Shown: one piece after another, positions 32,252-34,590 of the stretch
How the letters are laid out: the number at the start of each line of letters is the position of its first letter
How positions within the stretch are numbered: position 1 is the first letter of the stretch
Source: a virus
Taxonomy: Duplodnaviria; Heunggongvirae; Uroviricota; Caudoviricetes
DNA: 34,590 bases
Virus record (IMG/VR): IMGVR_UViG_3300042894_004034
Span: 64,001-98,590 of that record
Strand: one strand, 5' to 3'
Made by a program: the position numbers and the translations under genes
Notes under the pieces: model-generated
The model's database searches: none
What the model was told of the DNA's origin: nothing
What the model saw: only the letters and a program-made list of their open reading frames with translations

Positions 32252-34224
32252 ACATAAATGATATCATTACAGAATCACAACAAAAATGTCCGCACTGTGG
32301 TGGACCCTTGATGGAATATTCAGATCTAATAGAAAAGAAAGATGCCTGCTACTACAAGGTCAAGGCTTCAGCAAAAGTATGGCCCAGTGCCTATGCGTCT
32401 GGTCGTTTGGTACAGTGTCGCAAAAAAGGTGCCAGCAACTATGGCAACAAGTCAGAAAGCATGGCGGAAGGCTCCAAAGACTCTGCACCCAAGATGGGAT
32501 CAAAAGAAAAGAAACTAGCCCAGGGTGCTCTCAAAGGTGCTAGAGATATGTCTGCCGTACTTGGGTTGGTCCGAGGCAAAGACGGTGTGGCCAAACCACC
32601 AGAGACTAAAAAGCAAAGCGTGGCGGAAGGTGAAGAAGAAGATGCTAAGTTCACTCCTCGACTACAAATCAGAAGTCGAATAGGGACTGCGTTAAACCAA
32701 TATTTAGATCCTGAAAAAGTGGCAGGTGCCTATACTGACATTCAATACTATAAGCACGACGGCAAAGTTTATGTTGAAGTATTATTCCACTATACCGATG
32801 GACAAAAGATCGGTCCCAGACAAAGAAAGCAATTTTTAGTCAATAAAGATTTTACACTAACTCCTATCAAGAAGCAAGGCATGGCGGAAGGCTCAAAACA
32901 CAATCAGCAAGATTTAGACGATGTTGCTGATTGGATGAATACTACTCCTGATAAATTGTCAGTTGAAGTCAAGCAAGAATCTATTGAAAAGTTCATCAAA
33001 CAGATTCGTGAAATGTATGGGACATATGATGAATTTCCCGAAGATGAAGACCGCACTAATCGTATTTTGAAGTTGTTAAAGCGTGGAGCAAAGCCATTGC
33101 CCATCTATGTAGAAGCAGGTGATCCACATTTGTTTGTTATGGAAGGCCGTCATAGAATGGTGGCGTTTTGGTTAGCTGAGATGAAAACTATTCCAGTCGC
33201 CTATGTAAGCATCAATAGTCAGCAAGGTGTAGCGGAAGACAAAGGTATGACACAATACAACGCATTCAAGCGTGAGTGGCGTGCCAAACACGGTAGTGAT
33301 GCCAAAGTACCTGGCTACGACAGCAAAGAATACAACGCATATTGGTGGCGTCAAGGCGATAAACAGCAAGACAATAAAAAGCAAGGTGTGGCAGAAGGCT
33401 CGGAAGAATTCAACACGGTAAAAACTTCGCCTTACAAAGCAACGCAACTGCTTGGTGGCAAATATCCAGTAGCATTTGCAATTGAAGTGTTGTGTCCAGA
33501 TCAATCTGTTGTTAGCATGATCCAAAACAAAATTGGCAGAGCATATCAGGTAGAAAGAGATAATTCTATAGAAGGAAATGGAATAGGTATTGAGATTGTA
33601 TCTCGGCGTTTTGAAGGTGGTCAAACTGCTCAAGCCGCATATGATCAACTACTTGACTTTATTGAACAAAATGGCGGCCAGTTCAACAGTTCAACACAAG
33701 TTACAATTTATAAACAAAAGCCAGGCATGGCAGAACAGCAACTGGATGAAAAATGCTGGGACGGCTATCAGCAACAGGGCATGAAAAACAAAAGTGGCCG
33801 CCAGGTGCCCAACTGTGTGCCTGTCACAGAAGAACTCACAACAGATCAGCAGTTTGACATGATCGAAGACATGGTAGAACAACTGGCCGAATCACATGGT
33901 GTGGATTCAGATGTGATCTGGGAAGACTTTGAGTCAGTGGATGATCACGAACTGTACGAAACAGCAGCCTGGCGCAGAAAAGAAGGCAAGAGCGCCCGGG
34001 GCGGGCTCAACGCCAAGGGTGTGGCCAGTTATCGCAGAGAGAATCCCGGATCAAAACTGCAAACAGCAGTCACAACCAAGCCGTCAAAACTCAAGCCTGG
34101 CTCCAAAGCAGCCAAACGCCGCAAATCATTCTGTGCCAGAATGGGCGGCGTAAAAGGCCCAATGAAAAAGCCCAATGGTAAACCTACCCGCAAGGCTCTG
34201 GCCCTGCGTAAATGGAACTGCTAA
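32248..34224 (+). CDS. Modular polyprotein (658 aa) with six [GS][VM]AE linkers; ParB/Srx-like and amidoligase-like modules; putative virion cargo
   Basis: MNINDIITE tag; repeated linkers; EGRHR motif; FAIE/RDNSI/GIEIVS/NSST motifs. Confidence 0.75.
   Translation: MNINDIITESQQKCPHCGGPLMEYSDLIEKKDACYYKVKASAKVWPSAYASGRLVQCRKKGASNYGNKSESMAEGSKDSAPKMGSKEKKLAQGALKGARDMSAVLGLVRGKDGVAKPPETKKQSVAEGEEEDAKFTPRLQIRSRIGTALNQYLDPEKVAGAYTDIQYYKHDGKVYVEVLFHYTDGQKIGPRQRKQFLVNKDFTLTPIKKQGMAEGSKHNQQDLDDVADWMNTTPDKLSVEVKQESIEKFIKQIREMYGTYDEFPEDEDRTNRILKLLKRGAKPLPIYVEAGDPHLFVMEGRHRMVAFWLAEMKTIPVAYVSINSQQGVAEDKGMTQYNAFKREWRAKHGSDAKVPGYDSKEYNAYWWRQGDKQQDNKKQGVAEGSEEFNTVKTSPYKATQLLGGKYPVAFAIEVLCPDQSVVSMIQNKIGRAYQVERDNSIEGNGIGIEIVSRRFEGGQTAQAAYDQLLDFIEQNGGQFNSSTQVTIYKQKPGMAEQQLDEKCWDGYQQQGMKNKSGRQVPNCVPVTEELTTDQQFDMIEDMVEQLAESHGVDSDVIWEDFESVDDHELYETAAWRRKEGKSARGGLNAKGVASYRRENPGSKLQTAVTTKPSKLKPGSKAAKRRKSFCARMGGVKGPMKKPNGKPTRKALALRKWNC
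32452..33738 (+). repeat. Six in-frame direct repeats, consensus AAGCAAGGYRTGGCGGAAGGCTC
   Basis: Core V/M codon at 32461, 32620, 32881, 33229, 33388, 33727. Confidence 0.85.
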
Positions 34225-34590
34225 ATGAGAGCAAGTGAATTTGTTTCAGAAGTCAAGGGTCACGATTTTATGGCAGGACACTGTCATGTGATGGCCATGG
34301 CATTGAAGCAGTTGCACCCTGATTGGCAAATACGTGCCCATGTAGGCTATGACGATGATGCTGCTGATGACACTGAGTATCGTGTGGATCATGTGTACAC
34401 AGTGGCGCCAGATGGCACGGCATATGACTGCCGTGGTAGATTCGACAATGAACAACAGTTGGTGGGACCAGACACAACAGGTGGTGTTGACACACAGTAT
34501 GTGAACTTTGGGCCCGAAGAGATCAAGCAGGCGATGCTGCGTGGTGAATTGAAACGGTTCACTAAACAAGACTTGGCCAATGCCATGCAG
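34225..34590 (+). CDS. Putative papain/transglutaminase-fold protein (3'-truncated by window)
   Basis: Not in ORF track; MRASEFVSE tag; GHC20HVMAMAL, DH56VY, YD68CRG. Confidence 0.65.
   Translation, partial: MRASEFVSEVKGHDFMAGHCHVMAMALKQLHPDWQIRAHVGYDDDAADDTEYRVDHVYTVAPDGTAYDCRGRFDNEQQLVGPDTTGGVDTQYVNFGPEEIKQAMLRGELKRFTKQDLANAMQ

Noticed and set aside
34246-34586. Minus-strand ORFs at the window end
   Set aside because: Shadows of the + strand ORF starting at 34225, which has a coupled start, tag and catalytic-like motifs
1-34590. Stop-codon reassignment as in some jumbo phages
   Set aside because: Recognisable genes are intact in the standard code and TAA, TGA and TAG all end genes at expected positions

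Overview
A 34.6-kb, almost entirely + strand segment of a large T4-like/jumbo myovirus genome, read in the standard genetic code. The host is probably a Gram-negative proteobacterium, inferred from sigma70 TTGACA-N17-TATAAT promoters, a Bug/TctC gene, ErpA, an Fe/Mn-SOD and a spanin-like gene. Left to right: (i) early region of small genes, each behind a copy of a repeated ~50-bp promoter cassette; (ii) Hc1-like and AbrB-like proteins, NadE, SleB-type hydrolase, FkbM methyltransferase; (iii) six translationally coupled paralogues ending in FxL[KR]W; (iv) WYL-like protein, IF-1, SOD, ErpA; (v) Gly/Asn-rich baseplate/fibre genes; (vi) DnaE fragment, GroES, cytidylyltransferase, clamp loader, two radical SAM enzymes, HAD phosphatase, PhoH; (vii) a methyltransferase/TctC/sulfotransferase-like/APS-kinase-fusion cluster; (viii) late genes with a shared N-terminal tag ending in hydrophobic-x-Glu. 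The most striking item is a 658-aa ORF whose unrelated modules (including ParB/Srx-like and degenerate amidoligase-like) are separated by six copies of an in-frame DNA repeat encoding (Q)G[VM]AEG. This suggests a recombination-shuffled, protease-processed virion cargo polyprotein. All calls come from motif recognition by eye; no database searches were run.
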